Origin: an uncultured Clostridia bacterium
GTDB taxonomy: Bacteria > Bacillota > Clostridia > Christensenellales > UBA1242
Reading direction: 5' to 3'
NCBI GenBank assembly: GCA_944331845.1
Contig: CALVIT010000001.1
Location: forward strand, 48 to 64,047
Length of the DNA stretch: 64,000 nucleotides
The translations under genes and the position numbers were made by a program. The notes under the pieces were generated by a model that was not told the DNA's origin, did not search any database, and was given only the letters and a program-made list of their open reading frames with translations. This document shows, one piece after another, positions 26,048 through 35,506 of the stretch; position 1 is the stretch's first letter; the number at the start of each line of letters is the position of its first letter.

Positions 26048-27310
26048 TTAGTTTTTTAATTTATCTTGTAAATGGGTTAGAGATATTAGTATTCCTAATT
26101 TACCATATTCGTAAGTTAAACCGCCTTGCATATATGCTGTGTATGGCGGGGTAATAGGTCCATCACAACTTAATTCTATTGTTGACCCATTTATGAAACT
26201 TCCGCTTGCCATTATTTCTTCGTGTGGATACCCTGGCATTTCGCTAGGCATAAGAGTTACAAAATTCTCAAGTGCTACGCCTTTTTGTATGCCTCGGCAA
26301 AACTCAATTAATTCTTCTGCTGAATTTAATTTGACTGTTTGAACTATATCTGTTCTTGGTTCGTCGTATTGTGGACTGACTTCGTATCCTAACTTTGTTA
26401 ATAGATAACTTGCTAGGGTCATTGACTTAAGGGCGGAGCATACTACGCTTGGTGCGTGATATATGCCTTTGTAGAATGAGAGTAGTTGATTCATATTCGC
26501 GCCTATGTCTTTAGCGACACAAGGGGCGGAGAATCTCTCGGCGACATCGTGTACATACTCTGCTTTGCCGACTACATAACCGCCTGTTTTTGCTTGGCCT
26601 GCACCTAAATTTTTCATAAGCGAGCCGACAATAATATCCGCTCCAACTTCTATAGGTTCTCTAGTCTCTACGAAGTCTCCATAGCAGTTGTCTACCATTA
26701 TTATGACTTCTTTGTCAACTTCTCTAATCTTTTTGCAAACATTCTCTATTTTGCTAATATCAAGACTTAGGCGGTCGCTATATCCTCGAGACCTTTGAAT
26801 CTCTACCATTTTGACCTTAGACTGCTTAAGTCTATTGATTATCTTATCAATATCAAAGTCATTGTCGACTAATTCTATTTGTTCAAAGTTTATTCCGTGC
26901 GCTAACAAAGAATTACGACTATTGCCTGTGAGTCCTACTATGCTCTTAAGGGAGTCATATGGTTCGCCTGTTATTGATATTAATGTGTCGCCGTATTTTA
27001 GTAACCCAAAGAATGTTATCGCTAATGCGTGTGTACCTGACATTATTTGTGGGCGGACAAGTGCATCTTCTGCCTTAAAGACTATGCTGTATACTTTCTC
27101 TAATTTGTCCCTGCCGACATCAAAGTACCCATATCCTGTGTTCTCGCAAAAATCTGTGGCATTCAATTTGACTTCGTGTAAGGCATTAAGAACTTTGGCG
27201 CTATTAAATAGACAAACTTCATCGTATTTTTTGAATATAGGTTCAAGTTCTTGTTCTGCTTGTTTTGTTAATTCTAATAGTTCTTGTGAAATATTTAATC
27301 CGTTAAACAT
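26048..27310 (-). CDS. YnbB / aluminium-resistance-type PLP enzyme (Met_gamma_lyase family)
   Basis: NSAKVLNALHEV...NTGYGYFDVGRDKLEKVYSIVFKAEDALVRPQIMSGTHALA...GEPYDSL matches the conserved N-terminal pattern of this family. Length 420 aa. Confidence 0.8.
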   Translation of the reverse strand: MFNGLNISQELLELTKQAEQELEPIFKKYDEVCLFNSAKVLNALHEVKLNATDFCENTGYGYFDVGRDKLEKVYSIVFKAEDALVRPQIMSGTHALAITFFGLLKYGDTLISITGEPYDSLKSIVGLTGNSRNSLLAHGINFEQIELVDNDFDIDKIINRLKQSKVKMVEIQRSRGYSDRLSLDISKIENVCKKIREVDKEVIIMVDNCYGDFVETREPIEVGADIIVGSLMKNLGAGQAKTGGYVVGKAEYVHDVAERFSAPCVAKDIGANMNQLLSFYKGIYHAPSVVCSALKSMTLASYLLTKLGYEVSPQYDEPRTDIVQTVKLNSAEELIEFCRGIQKGVALENFVTLMPSEMPGYPHEEIMASGSFINGSTIELSCDGPITPPYTAYMQGGLTYEYGKLGILISLTHLQDKLKN

Positions 27311-27533
27311 AATGTACCTCGTTTAATATATTATCATATTTTGTTCTATTAGTAAACAACTTTGTGTAGGTGGGGAGCATTTTAGTACAATATTTGTTAC
27401 ATTATTTATAAAAATTATAAAATGAGAAAATTATAAAATAATTTGCACATAATATAAAAGAGTCAAAAATTTTAATTAAAAATATTGATTTAATTGTTAT
27501 AGTATGGTATACTAATCTAAAGGAGATAAATTT

Positions 27534-27953
27534 ATGGGAAAGATTACAAGTTTAATATTTTTAGTCGCTGCTGCAGCATTGTTAGTTATCACTTACTTTT
27601 TTCCATTCTTTACATACAATATTGGGTCTTATAAGGGAGAAATGTTAGGACAAGATGTAGCGATAAGTTTTAACTTTAGCGGAGAATGCACTTTCAAAAT
27701 TGACGATAAGAAATATGAAGGTAAATATGAGATTAAAGATGGTGCAATTATTATAACTGAAATTGCTGGCATACCTTCAAATTTTAGTTTTAGCAAACTT
27801 AATTTCACAAACTCTTATACACTAGTTCCTGAATATACAGGAGATTTGTTAGAAGTTAAATTGGTAAATTATGTTGGTATTGGGTTTACTGCTATATATG
27901 CCTTTGTTGGCTTTATAAGTCTATTGGTATTTGTCATAAAGTTAGTTAAATAA
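27534..27953 (+). CDS. Small membrane protein, hypothetical
   Basis: AAAGGAG RBS. N- and C-terminal TM helices flank a domain of about 80 aa. Confidence 0.55.
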   Translation: MGKITSLIFLVAAAALLVITYFFPFFTYNIGSYKGEMLGQDVAISFNFSGECTFKIDDKKYEGKYEIKDGAIIITEIAGIPSNFSFSKLNFTNSYTLVPEYTGDLLEVKLVNYVGIGFTAIYAFVGFISLLVFVIKLVK

Positions 27954-28079
27954 ATTTGATTTATAATAGGTTCAATGATTAATAGTTATATTAGAATTAA
28001 TTACTAGATAAATTAAGTATTTGATGCTTTATGTAAAATTTATTCTTATTATATAAATATTTAATAATTTCACAAATTT

Positions 28080-28102
28080 CTACCGCTATTGCGGTAGTTT
28101 TT
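28080..28102 (+). terminator. Rho-independent terminator
   Basis: CTACCGC-tatt-GCGGTAG followed by T5. Confidence 0.7.
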
Positions 28103-28300
28103 GTTCTATAAATAGTTATTTTGTGTTATAATGTGTAGGCTGTTTAGTCGCGGGGGCGACTTTGTTATAAATACTTAAATTGCTGTAAGTTAATTATTAA
28201 GATATTTATAAGATAAATTGTATTAATATAAATGAAATAAAAATAAGATTAATCTTAATTATAATATGAATTTCGGGGATAAAATTGGTAGGATAAAATT

Positions 28301-30172
28301 ATGGTAGATTATGAGAATTTTGATGCGATTGTAATAGGTGCTGGGCATGCAGGAAGTGAAGCAGGTTTGGCACTTGCTAGACTTGGGCATAAAACTTTGG
28401 TGCTGTCTATTAATCTAGAAGCGGTAGGTTTCCTTGCTTGTAACCCTTCTATAGGTGGGTCTGCTAAGGGGCATTTGGTGTGTGAGATGGACGCATTAGG
28501 TGGACAAATGGGAAGGACTGCTGACCAAACAATGTTACAAATAAAAATGTTAAATGTGGGTAAGGGACCGGCGGTACATAGTTTGCGTGCACAAGTTGAT
28601 AAGGTGGAGTACCACAAATTGACTAAGCAAACGCTAGAAGAGCAGGACAACTTATACCTAAAACAAGGGGAAGCGAAAGAGATTCTAGTAGAGAATGGCA
28701 AAGTTGTTGGGTTGATAACTGCTTCTAATGAGAGATTTAACTGCAAAAGCATTGTTGTATGTACGGGTGTTTATCTTAAGGCTAGAATAATAACAGGCGA
28801 ATACATACAAGAGATTGGACCTAGCGGATTTAAGCAATCAAGTTATCTTAGCGACTCGCTTAAGAAACTAGGGTTTGAGTTAAGAAGATTCAAGACTGGT
28901 ACGCCACCTAGAATAGATGCTAGAAGTATTGACTTTACAAAATTAGAGATACAATACGGCGATGATAATATTCAATCTTTCTCTGTGTTAACAAAGAATA
29001 AGTTACCAAATATTAAACCTTGTTATCTAGTGTATACAAATGATAAGGCACACAAAGTTATTATTGATAACATAGATAGAGCACCGCTCTACAATGGGTC
29101 AATTCATGGTATAGGTGCTAGGTATTGTCCTTCTATCGAAGACAAAGTTATGAGATTTAGGGACAAAGAAAGGCATCAACTATTTTTGGAACCTGAGAGT
29201 GCAAGTACTAATGAATGGTATTTACAAGGATTTGGGACTTCGCTTCCTGTGGATGTTCAAAGAGATACTATTCAATCTATGGAAGGACTAGAGAACGCAT
29301 TTATAATGCGTGATGGTTATGCTATCGAGTATGATTGTATTGATAGTACTAGACTTCTTCCTACACTCGAGAGCAAGGACTATGAAGGTTTGTATTTTGC
29401 TGGGCAGATTAACGGTACATCTGGGTACGAAGAAGCGGGAGCACAAGGGTTGCTTGCTGGTATCAACTGCGCTATGAAGTTACAAAATAAAGAACCGCTA
29501 ATACTGAAACGCAGTGAGAGTTATATAGGCGTGCTTATTGATGACCTAGTAACTAAAGGCACTAATGAACCATATAGAATGATGACATCAAGAGCAGAAT
29601 TTAGACTACAATTAAGACAAGATAACTGCGACTTGCGACTCACAGAGTATGGGCATAGAGTGGGACTTGTTAAGGAAGAACAATATAATATATATCTAAA
29701 GAAATTAGATGCGATTAAAAAAGTCAAAGAGATAGCAAAAACAATTATAAAACCTAGTGAATCAATCAATAACTTCTTGGAGAGTCTTGGAGAAGCGAAA
29801 ATTGTTACGGGGATAACTGTCGAGAACCTAATCAAAAGGGCGAAGGTAGATATATTCAATCTAAATGATATCATACATTTATTCGATGGATATGATTATA
29901 ATGTTTTGAGCGAAGTCAACACTGAGATTAAGTACGAAGGCTACTTAAAAAGGCAATTAGTACAGATAAATGAGCAAAATAGGGCGGAGAATCAAAAATT
30001 GGATGCAGATATTGATTATATGAGTATTGACGGACTAAGGATAGAAGCAAGGCAAAAACTCAATAAGATTAAACCGCTCACTATAGGACAAGCAAGTAGA
30101 ATCTCTGGAGTAAACCCTGCTGATATATCTGTATTGTTAATCTATCTAAAGAAGATGAATAATCAAATATAA
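28301..30172 (+). CDS. mnmG: tRNA uridine 5-carboxymethylaminomethyl modification enzyme MnmG (GidA)
   Basis: FDAIVIGAGHAGSEAG FAD motif, GGQMG, TGTPPR, FFAGQINGTSGYEEAGAQGLLAGIN. Length 623 aa. Confidence 0.95.
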   Translation: MVDYENFDAIVIGAGHAGSEAGLALARLGHKTLVLSINLEAVGFLACNPSIGGSAKGHLVCEMDALGGQMGRTADQTMLQIKMLNVGKGPAVHSLRAQVDKVEYHKLTKQTLEEQDNLYLKQGEAKEILVENGKVVGLITASNERFNCKSIVVCTGVYLKARIITGEYIQEIGPSGFKQSSYLSDSLKKLGFELRRFKTGTPPRIDARSIDFTKLEIQYGDDNIQSFSVLTKNKLPNIKPCYLVYTNDKAHKVIIDNIDRAPLYNGSIHGIGARYCPSIEDKVMRFRDKERHQLFLEPESASTNEWYLQGFGTSLPVDVQRDTIQSMEGLENAFIMRDGYAIEYDCIDSTRLLPTLESKDYEGLYFAGQINGTSGYEEAGAQGLLAGINCAMKLQNKEPLILKRSESYIGVLIDDLVTKGTNEPYRMMTSRAEFRLQLRQDNCDLRLTEYGHRVGLVKEEQYNIYLKKLDAIKKVKEIAKTIIKPSESINNFLESLGEAKIVTGITVENLIKRAKVDIFNLNDIIHLFDGYDYNVLSEVNTEIKYEGYLKRQLVQINEQNRAENQKLDADIDYMSIDGLRIEARQKLNKIKPLTIGQASRISGVNPADISVLLIYLKKMNNQI

Positions 30173-30298
30173 TTTAGGTTTTGTTATTATGTTATTGATA
30201 AACATATTGATTATTAATGATTTACAACATTTGCATATAATTACTAATGATTTAATACAAAAAATTTGTTAATAATAAATATAAGTAATAGGTGAATA

Positions 30299-30955
30299 AT
30301 GAATAGTAAAATTAAAGAATTAATCAAAGACAAGAAAGTGGTATTAATGGATTTTGATGGAACAATCGTAGATACTGAACCATTGAATTACATAACTTGG
30401 TGTAGATGTATGAGTAAATTCAATTTACATTTTGATTTTGAAATATTTAAGAAGATTATTGGATATCCTGTAGACCAAATAGCCGAGATACTAGAGAAAA
30501 TATATAATCAAAAAATATCAAAAGAAGAATTTATGAAGGGTGTACCGTTCTTTGTGCAAACATTCAAAGAAGTAGAGAAAGAGAAAGGAATCAAAGTGCT
30601 TGACTATGTTAATGTGCTTATAGAAGATTACAAAGACATACCAAAATATGTCGTATCTAATCAATCAAAAGAGTTAATTAATATGACCTTATCAAAGTAT
30701 GGTTTGAGCGACAAATTCGTTGGCATCATATCTTGTATGGAAGAGAAAGTCAACAAAATTGACATTTATAACAATACTCTAAAGTACTTCGGGTGTTTAT
30801 CTAATGAATGCCTTTTGTGCGAAGATGCTCAAAAGTACATTGATGCGGGTAAGGCACTAGGAATGTCTACTATTGGTATTAAGCATTGCTACAATAATAT
30901 AAGTGCTGACTATGTGATTGAGATAGATGACATTCATGAGTACAAAGTACAATAA
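30299..30955 (+). CDS. HAD-superfamily hydrolase (beta-phosphoglucomutase-like subfamily)
   Basis: Motif I MDFDGTIVDTE. Cap region and a distal acidic motif (CEDAQKYIDAG). AGGTGA RBS. Confidence 0.7.
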   Translation: MNSKIKELIKDKKVVLMDFDGTIVDTEPLNYITWCRCMSKFNLHFDFEIFKKIIGYPVDQIAEILEKIYNQKISKEEFMKGVPFFVQTFKEVEKEKGIKVLDYVNVLIEDYKDIPKYVVSNQSKELINMTLSKYGLSDKFVGIISCMEEKVNKIDIYNNTLKYFGCLSNECLLCEDAQKYIDAGKALGMSTIGIKHCYNNISADYVIEIDDIHEYKVQ

Positions 30956-31032
30956 ACTTTTGTATAATTTTGTACATTTAGTATTGATATTTTGTAACAA
31001 ATATTATATAATACTATAAACGGAGAAAAATT

Positions 31033-32379
31033 ATGGAAATATTTAAAAAAGTTGCTAACAATATGAAGACACTTGTTAAGCCCGGCGAGATAGTTGGTGT
31101 TGCTTGCAGTGGTGGTAGAGATAGCATAAGTTTACTTCATTATTTGAATTCAATTAAGGAAGATTTAGACATTGAAGTTGTGTGCATCAACATTAATCAC
31201 AGTATTAGGGATAATAGCGATAGAGACTCTCGTTTTGTTGTTGATTTTTGTCAAGAGAATAGAATAAGATGCTACAAATTCGTTATTGACTCTTATAACA
31301 TAGCACGCACTCGACATTTGACACTTGAGCAGGCGGCAAGGGAAGGAAGATACGAAATGTTCCGCACTTTGATTAGAAAGGGACTTGTTGACAAAATCGC
31401 TTTAGGTCATCACATTAGCGACCAAGCAGAGACAGTGCTTATGCACATTTTGAGAGGTGCAGGTTTAAGCGGTGCTAGTGGTATGGCGATGTCAAGTGAA
31501 GGTATCTTTATAAGACCTATGCTCAATATTTCAAGACAAGAAATTAATGAATACATAATAGAGAATGACTTAAATTATGTTGAAGATGAGACAAATGCTG
31601 ATAGTACTTATACAAGAAACTTCTTAAGAAATGAAATTATGCCAAAATTAGAAGAGAAATTCCCTAATTGTCAAGAGAATATCGCTAACTTTGGAAATAT
31701 TTGTCGCAAAGATGATGAGTACATTGAGAGTCTAGTAACACTTGATGCAGTCATTGTTGATAAAGAAAATAAGATTGTTAAATTACCACGCAATTATTTT
31801 GTATACCCTGAGCCTATTGTCAATAGAATGATAAGAAAGGCATTCAATAGTATTGATATTTATGCTGATATTGAATCTAAACATATTGAAATGATTAAGG
31901 CGCTTGCTAAAATGGGTGAGAATGGGTCTAAGATAAGTCTACCAAATAAGATATTTGCAATATGCGAATATGACTACATAACTATCTATAAGAAAGTGCC
32001 GAAAGTTAACACTCAAACTTGGGTTTTTAAGTCTGGTAGAATTAAGATTGATGGTTTGGGCACTTTGATTGTCCGTAAGGCTAAAAACAATGAAGTTGAA
32101 GAAGGCGTATTGAAGTTTGATGCTTCTAAGTTGCCTAAAGGTGTGTTGTGGAGATTTAGAAAAGATGGCGACATTTTCGAGAAATTTGGTGGCGGTACTA
32201 AGAAGTTGAAGAGTTATCTAGTTAATAAGAAAGTACCTGCTAGATTGAGAGACAATATACCATTACTTGCTAGTGATAATGAAGTCTTTGTTATAGCGGG
32301 CGTTGAGATTAGCGAGAAAGTTAGAATTGATGAGAATTCAAAAAATATATATGAGGTTGTGTTAAATAAAAATGAATAA
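31033..32379 (+). CDS. tilS: tRNA(Ile)-lysidine synthetase TilS
   Basis: PP-loop VACSGGRDS, HHISDQAETVLMHILRG. The C-terminal domain with KKLKSYLVNKKVP is typical of TilS. Confidence 0.9.
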   Translation: MEIFKKVANNMKTLVKPGEIVGVACSGGRDSISLLHYLNSIKEDLDIEVVCININHSIRDNSDRDSRFVVDFCQENRIRCYKFVIDSYNIARTRHLTLEQAAREGRYEMFRTLIRKGLVDKIALGHHISDQAETVLMHILRGAGLSGASGMAMSSEGIFIRPMLNISRQEINEYIIENDLNYVEDETNADSTYTRNFLRNEIMPKLEEKFPNCQENIANFGNICRKDDEYIESLVTLDAVIVDKENKIVKLPRNYFVYPEPIVNRMIRKAFNSIDIYADIESKHIEMIKALAKMGENGSKISLPNKIFAICEYDYITIYKKVPKVNTQTWVFKSGRIKIDGLGTLIVRKAKNNEVEEGVLKFDASKLPKGVLWRFRKDGDIFEKFGGGTKKLKSYLVNKKVPARLRDNIPLLASDNEVFVIAGVEISEKVRIDENSKNIYEVVLNKNE

Positions 32380-32842
32380 AGCAAAGGGAATAGTTAAACA
32401 AAATATTAATGAAACTAACAATAAAATCATACAGAAGATATACGATGCTATTAACAAAGATGATTCTTTGGAATTGAGCGAATTATTGAAACATAAAATA
32501 AAAAATTATAATGAGAATTATTTATTCACTGCAGTAGATGCTAAGGCGAAGAAATGTTTTGATATTTTACTTGAAAACAATGCTAACAAAGAATGTTTGG
32601 GTAGAACATACTATGATGGGGAATATTGTGATGTTTCACCTATTGAACTAGCGTGTATGACAAATCAAATCGATTTTGTGCGTAAATTAGTTAACAATGG
32701 CGTGTCTCTTAAGAATAGAAATGGTGAAAATATTTTATATAAATATGGACAAAATATTTATAAAGATGACAAGGAAGAAATTAAACAATTAAGAAAACAA
32801 TTCATTAATAAATGTAAAGATTCTAGTTCAAATCTAGAATAA
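32372..32842 (+). CDS. Hypothetical protein with ankyrin-repeat-like segments
   Basis: Overlaps the tilS stop by 8 nt. SPIELACMTNQIDFVRKLVNNGVSLKNRNGENIL fits the ankyrin helix-turn-helix-loop pattern. Confidence 0.4.
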   Translation: MNKAKGIVKQNINETNNKIIQKIYDAINKDDSLELSELLKHKIKNYNENYLFTAVDAKAKKCFDILLENNANKECLGRTYYDGEYCDVSPIELACMTNQIDFVRKLVNNGVSLKNRNGENILYKYGQNIYKDDKEEIKQLRKQFINKCKDSSSNLE

Positions 32843-33056
32843 TTTCATTTTGTAATATTTATAAAATACGCAAAAAGTAATATTGAATGCTATTGTATTA
32901 TGTAGTATTTATTACAAAAATACAAAAAAATAATACAAATAATCAAAAAAAATGTGAATTCTTTGTAATTATATGCATAAAATAGTTTACAATTTATACA
33001 AAAATCATTAAAATATACCTAACCTAATTATTTTAGGTCTATTATGGAGAAAAGTT

Positions 33057-33629
33057 ATGAAAACAACATATAAAAGATGCCCTAGATGTGAATTAAATTA
33101 TATCAAAAAGGGTGAAGATTATTGTAGCGTTTGTATCAATGAGATGAATTCTAGAAATGATAGTTTGAATTGTGATGTCGACCTTGAGTTGTGTCCTATC
33201 TGCAAAACTAATTACATTACCGAAGATGAGATTATGTGTGCTTCTTGTGCTGCGGAGAAAGAAGCCGAAGGCGAAGATATTGATGATATCGACATCTCCG
33301 AATGGAACGAGTATATCAACGAAGATGGTATAGAGTTAGACAACGAAGAAGATGAGAATCTTGGACCAATGGCATCTATTGGGAATATCGATGATGGGTA
33401 TGATGCAGGTATGACAAATGACCTTGATATGGATGACATTTGCGATTTGAATTTTGATGAAATCGATGATATGGCGAAAGATGAATTCAGCGCTGATTTA
33501 GAAGAAGATGAAGACTACGAAGACGACTTTGAAGACGACTTCGATAATGATAGCGATGAAGACGACGATGATGACTTTGACGATGATATTGATGATGATG
33601 ACGATGAAGACGACGACGATGATAAGTAA
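33057..33629 (+). CDS. Double zinc-ribbon protein with an extreme poly-acidic (D/E) C-terminal tail
   Basis: CPRC...CSVC and CPIC...CASC pairs in the first 65 aa. The last 120 aa or so are dominated by D and E (DDDDDFDDDIDDDDDEDDDDDK). Confidence 0.6.
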   Translation: MKTTYKRCPRCELNYIKKGEDYCSVCINEMNSRNDSLNCDVDLELCPICKTNYITEDEIMCASCAAEKEAEGEDIDDIDISEWNEYINEDGIELDNEEDENLGPMASIGNIDDGYDAGMTNDLDMDDICDLNFDEIDDMAKDEFSADLEEDEDYEDDFEDDFDNDSDEDDDDDFDDDIDDDDDEDDDDDK

Positions 33630-33651
33630 TAAGGTAAATCAGTAATATTAT

Positions 33652-33678
33652 AACCACGGTTTTGAGCCGTGGTTTTGT
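33652..33678 (+). terminator. Rho-independent terminator
   Basis: AACCACGG-ttttgag-CCGTGGTT followed by TTTTG. Confidence 0.65.
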
Positions 33679-33728
33679 CTTATAAATTATATTTAACACT
33701 TTTGAATGATTTATCATAAATTATAGTT

Positions 33729-34787
33729 ATGAAAATAAGTGTTTGTATGATTGTTTTGAATGAGCAGGATACCTTATCTAGAATTTTATCTTGTGCTCAA
33801 AAGTTTGCCGATGAGATAGTTGTAGTGGATACAGGTAGCACTGATAATACTAAAGCGATTGCAAGGGAATTTACCGACAAAGTATATGGTTTTGAATGGG
33901 TAGATGATTTTAGCAAAGCGAGAAATTTCGCTTTCTCTAAGGCGACAATGCCGTACCTTATGTGGTTAGATGCCGATGACTATATAACCGAAGATAACAT
34001 TGATAAGATTTTACAATTCAAAGAGAATAAAGAAGATTTTGATGTCGCATATATGAATTATGCTACCGCATTTGACAAAGATAACAACGCTACCTTTTGT
34101 TACAAAAGGGAGAGAATAGTTAGAAATGCACCACAATTTCACTTTGTAGACCCTATTCACGAAGTCATCATACCTAGCGGTAAATTATTGCATTTAGATA
34201 TCACTATTGAGCATAGGAAAGTCAAACCATCTGACCCTATGCGTAATCTTAACTTATATAGGAAATTAAAAGAGAAGAATGTAAAATTCAGTCCTAGAAT
34301 GCAATTCTATTATGCTAATGAACTATTTTATACGGGAAATTATTTTGAAGCAATATGTGAATATGAGAATTATTTACAGAAGGACGCATTCATTGAGAAT
34401 AAGATACAGGCGTGTTTAAATTGTTCAAAATGCTACTATAATCTAAATAACACATTTAAGGCATATCAAATGTTATATAGTAGCTTTGTTTACGACAAGC
34501 CTAGAAGCGAAATACTTTGTCAAATAGCACTGTATTTGTGCAATGAGAATAAATTTGAACAGGCTAAGTTTTGGCTCAAACTTGCGATAGGCAAACCTAA
34601 TATTAATAGCGGGGCATTCATACTTGTAGATTGTTATGACTATATACCTTATTATAATATAGCGTACTGCGAGTATAGGCTCAAACATTACAAGAAAGCA
34701 AAGCATTATATGGGGCTTGCGCTTAAGTTAAAACCTAATGATGTCGCTACTAAGAAGAATTATGATTACTATAGCAGTCTTTGTTAA
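33729..34787 (+). CDS. Family 2 glycosyltransferase with a C-terminal TPR-like region
   Basis: ISVCMIVLNEQDTLSRIL...EIVVVDTGSTDNT...DFSKARN...WLDADD is the GT2 (GT-A) signature. The helical repeat tail contains NYFEAICEYENYL and YKKAKHYMGLALKLKP. Confidence 0.75.
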   Translation: MKISVCMIVLNEQDTLSRILSCAQKFADEIVVVDTGSTDNTKAIAREFTDKVYGFEWVDDFSKARNFAFSKATMPYLMWLDADDYITEDNIDKILQFKENKEDFDVAYMNYATAFDKDNNATFCYKRERIVRNAPQFHFVDPIHEVIIPSGKLLHLDITIEHRKVKPSDPMRNLNLYRKLKEKNVKFSPRMQFYYANELFYTGNYFEAICEYENYLQKDAFIENKIQACLNCSKCYYNLNNTFKAYQMLYSSFVYDKPRSEILCQIALYLCNENKFEQAKFWLKLAIGKPNINSGAFILVDCYDYIPYYNIAYCEYRLKHYKKAKHYMGLALKLKPNDVATKKNYDYYSSLC

Positions 34788-34885
34788 TTAACATTTAAAG
34801 TTTTAATATGATTGACAAAATATTAAATATATATTATACTATATCGTACACTTGTTGTGCGATTTTTTTGTGTTTTGAGGTTATA

Positions 34886-35506
34886 ATGGCTAATCTTGTA
34901 GTTCATATTGCTATAGCGCAAGAGTGGGCAAAAAAGAACAAAGTTAATAACTTTGATGATTTTGTATGGGGTGCTGTGGCGCCTGATATTATTGGTATAA
35001 TGAATCATAATTCAGTGATAACTCATTATGGAAATGTCGTTAAAGGCGATGACATTCTAGAGCATTGGGCGAATAAAGTCAATATTAATAAATTCTTAGA
35101 TAATAATGACATTAACAATGATTATATGTTAGGATATTTGCTACATTTGGTTGTCGATTATTATTTTTATAATGAATTTTTAAAGAGAAATATGATTTTA
35201 AATATGTGTAGCAGTGTTAAAGAATTAAAACAATACCTTTATCAAGCGTATGATTCAACTACTCAATATGTCAACAATGAATTTAATATTAGTTATAACT
35301 ACAAAAATCCATTAATGAAAGATATTAAATCTAAGTACGGTAATAACAATCTAGATGAGAAACCTATTTTGTATAGTTATGATGAACTTAAAGACTTCAT
35401 AACAAAAATGAGCGAATTTAATTTACAGGAATTAATAACGACAAGGAAAATGCGCAGATTATTTAATACAAGTTTAAGCGAAGGAAAGGACAATTATGTT
35501 AGATAA
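34886..35506 (+). CDS. Hypothetical protein, possibly a metal-dependent hydrolase (His-rich motifs)
   Basis: The GAGG RBS favours ATG 34886 (MANLVVHIAIAQEW) over the track start 34808. HIAIA...GAVAPD...HLVVDYYF resembles zinc phospholipase C-like or YdjM-like folds; this is a weak call. Confidence 0.35.
   Translation: MANLVVHIAIAQEWAKKNKVNNFDDFVWGAVAPDIIGIMNHNSVITHYGNVVKGDDILEHWANKVNINKFLDNNDINNDYMLGYLLHLVVDYYFYNEFLKRNMILNMCSSVKELKQYLYQAYDSTTQYVNNEFNISYNYKNPLMKDIKSKYGNNNLDEKPILYSYDELKDFITKMSEFNLQELITTRKMRRLFNTSLSEGKDNYVR

Noticed and set aside
35300-35500. T-box or other leader upstream of valS
   Set aside because: The valS start (35496) overlaps the end of the upstream CDS by 11 nt, leaving no room for a leader. 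valS appears translationally coupled to that gene.
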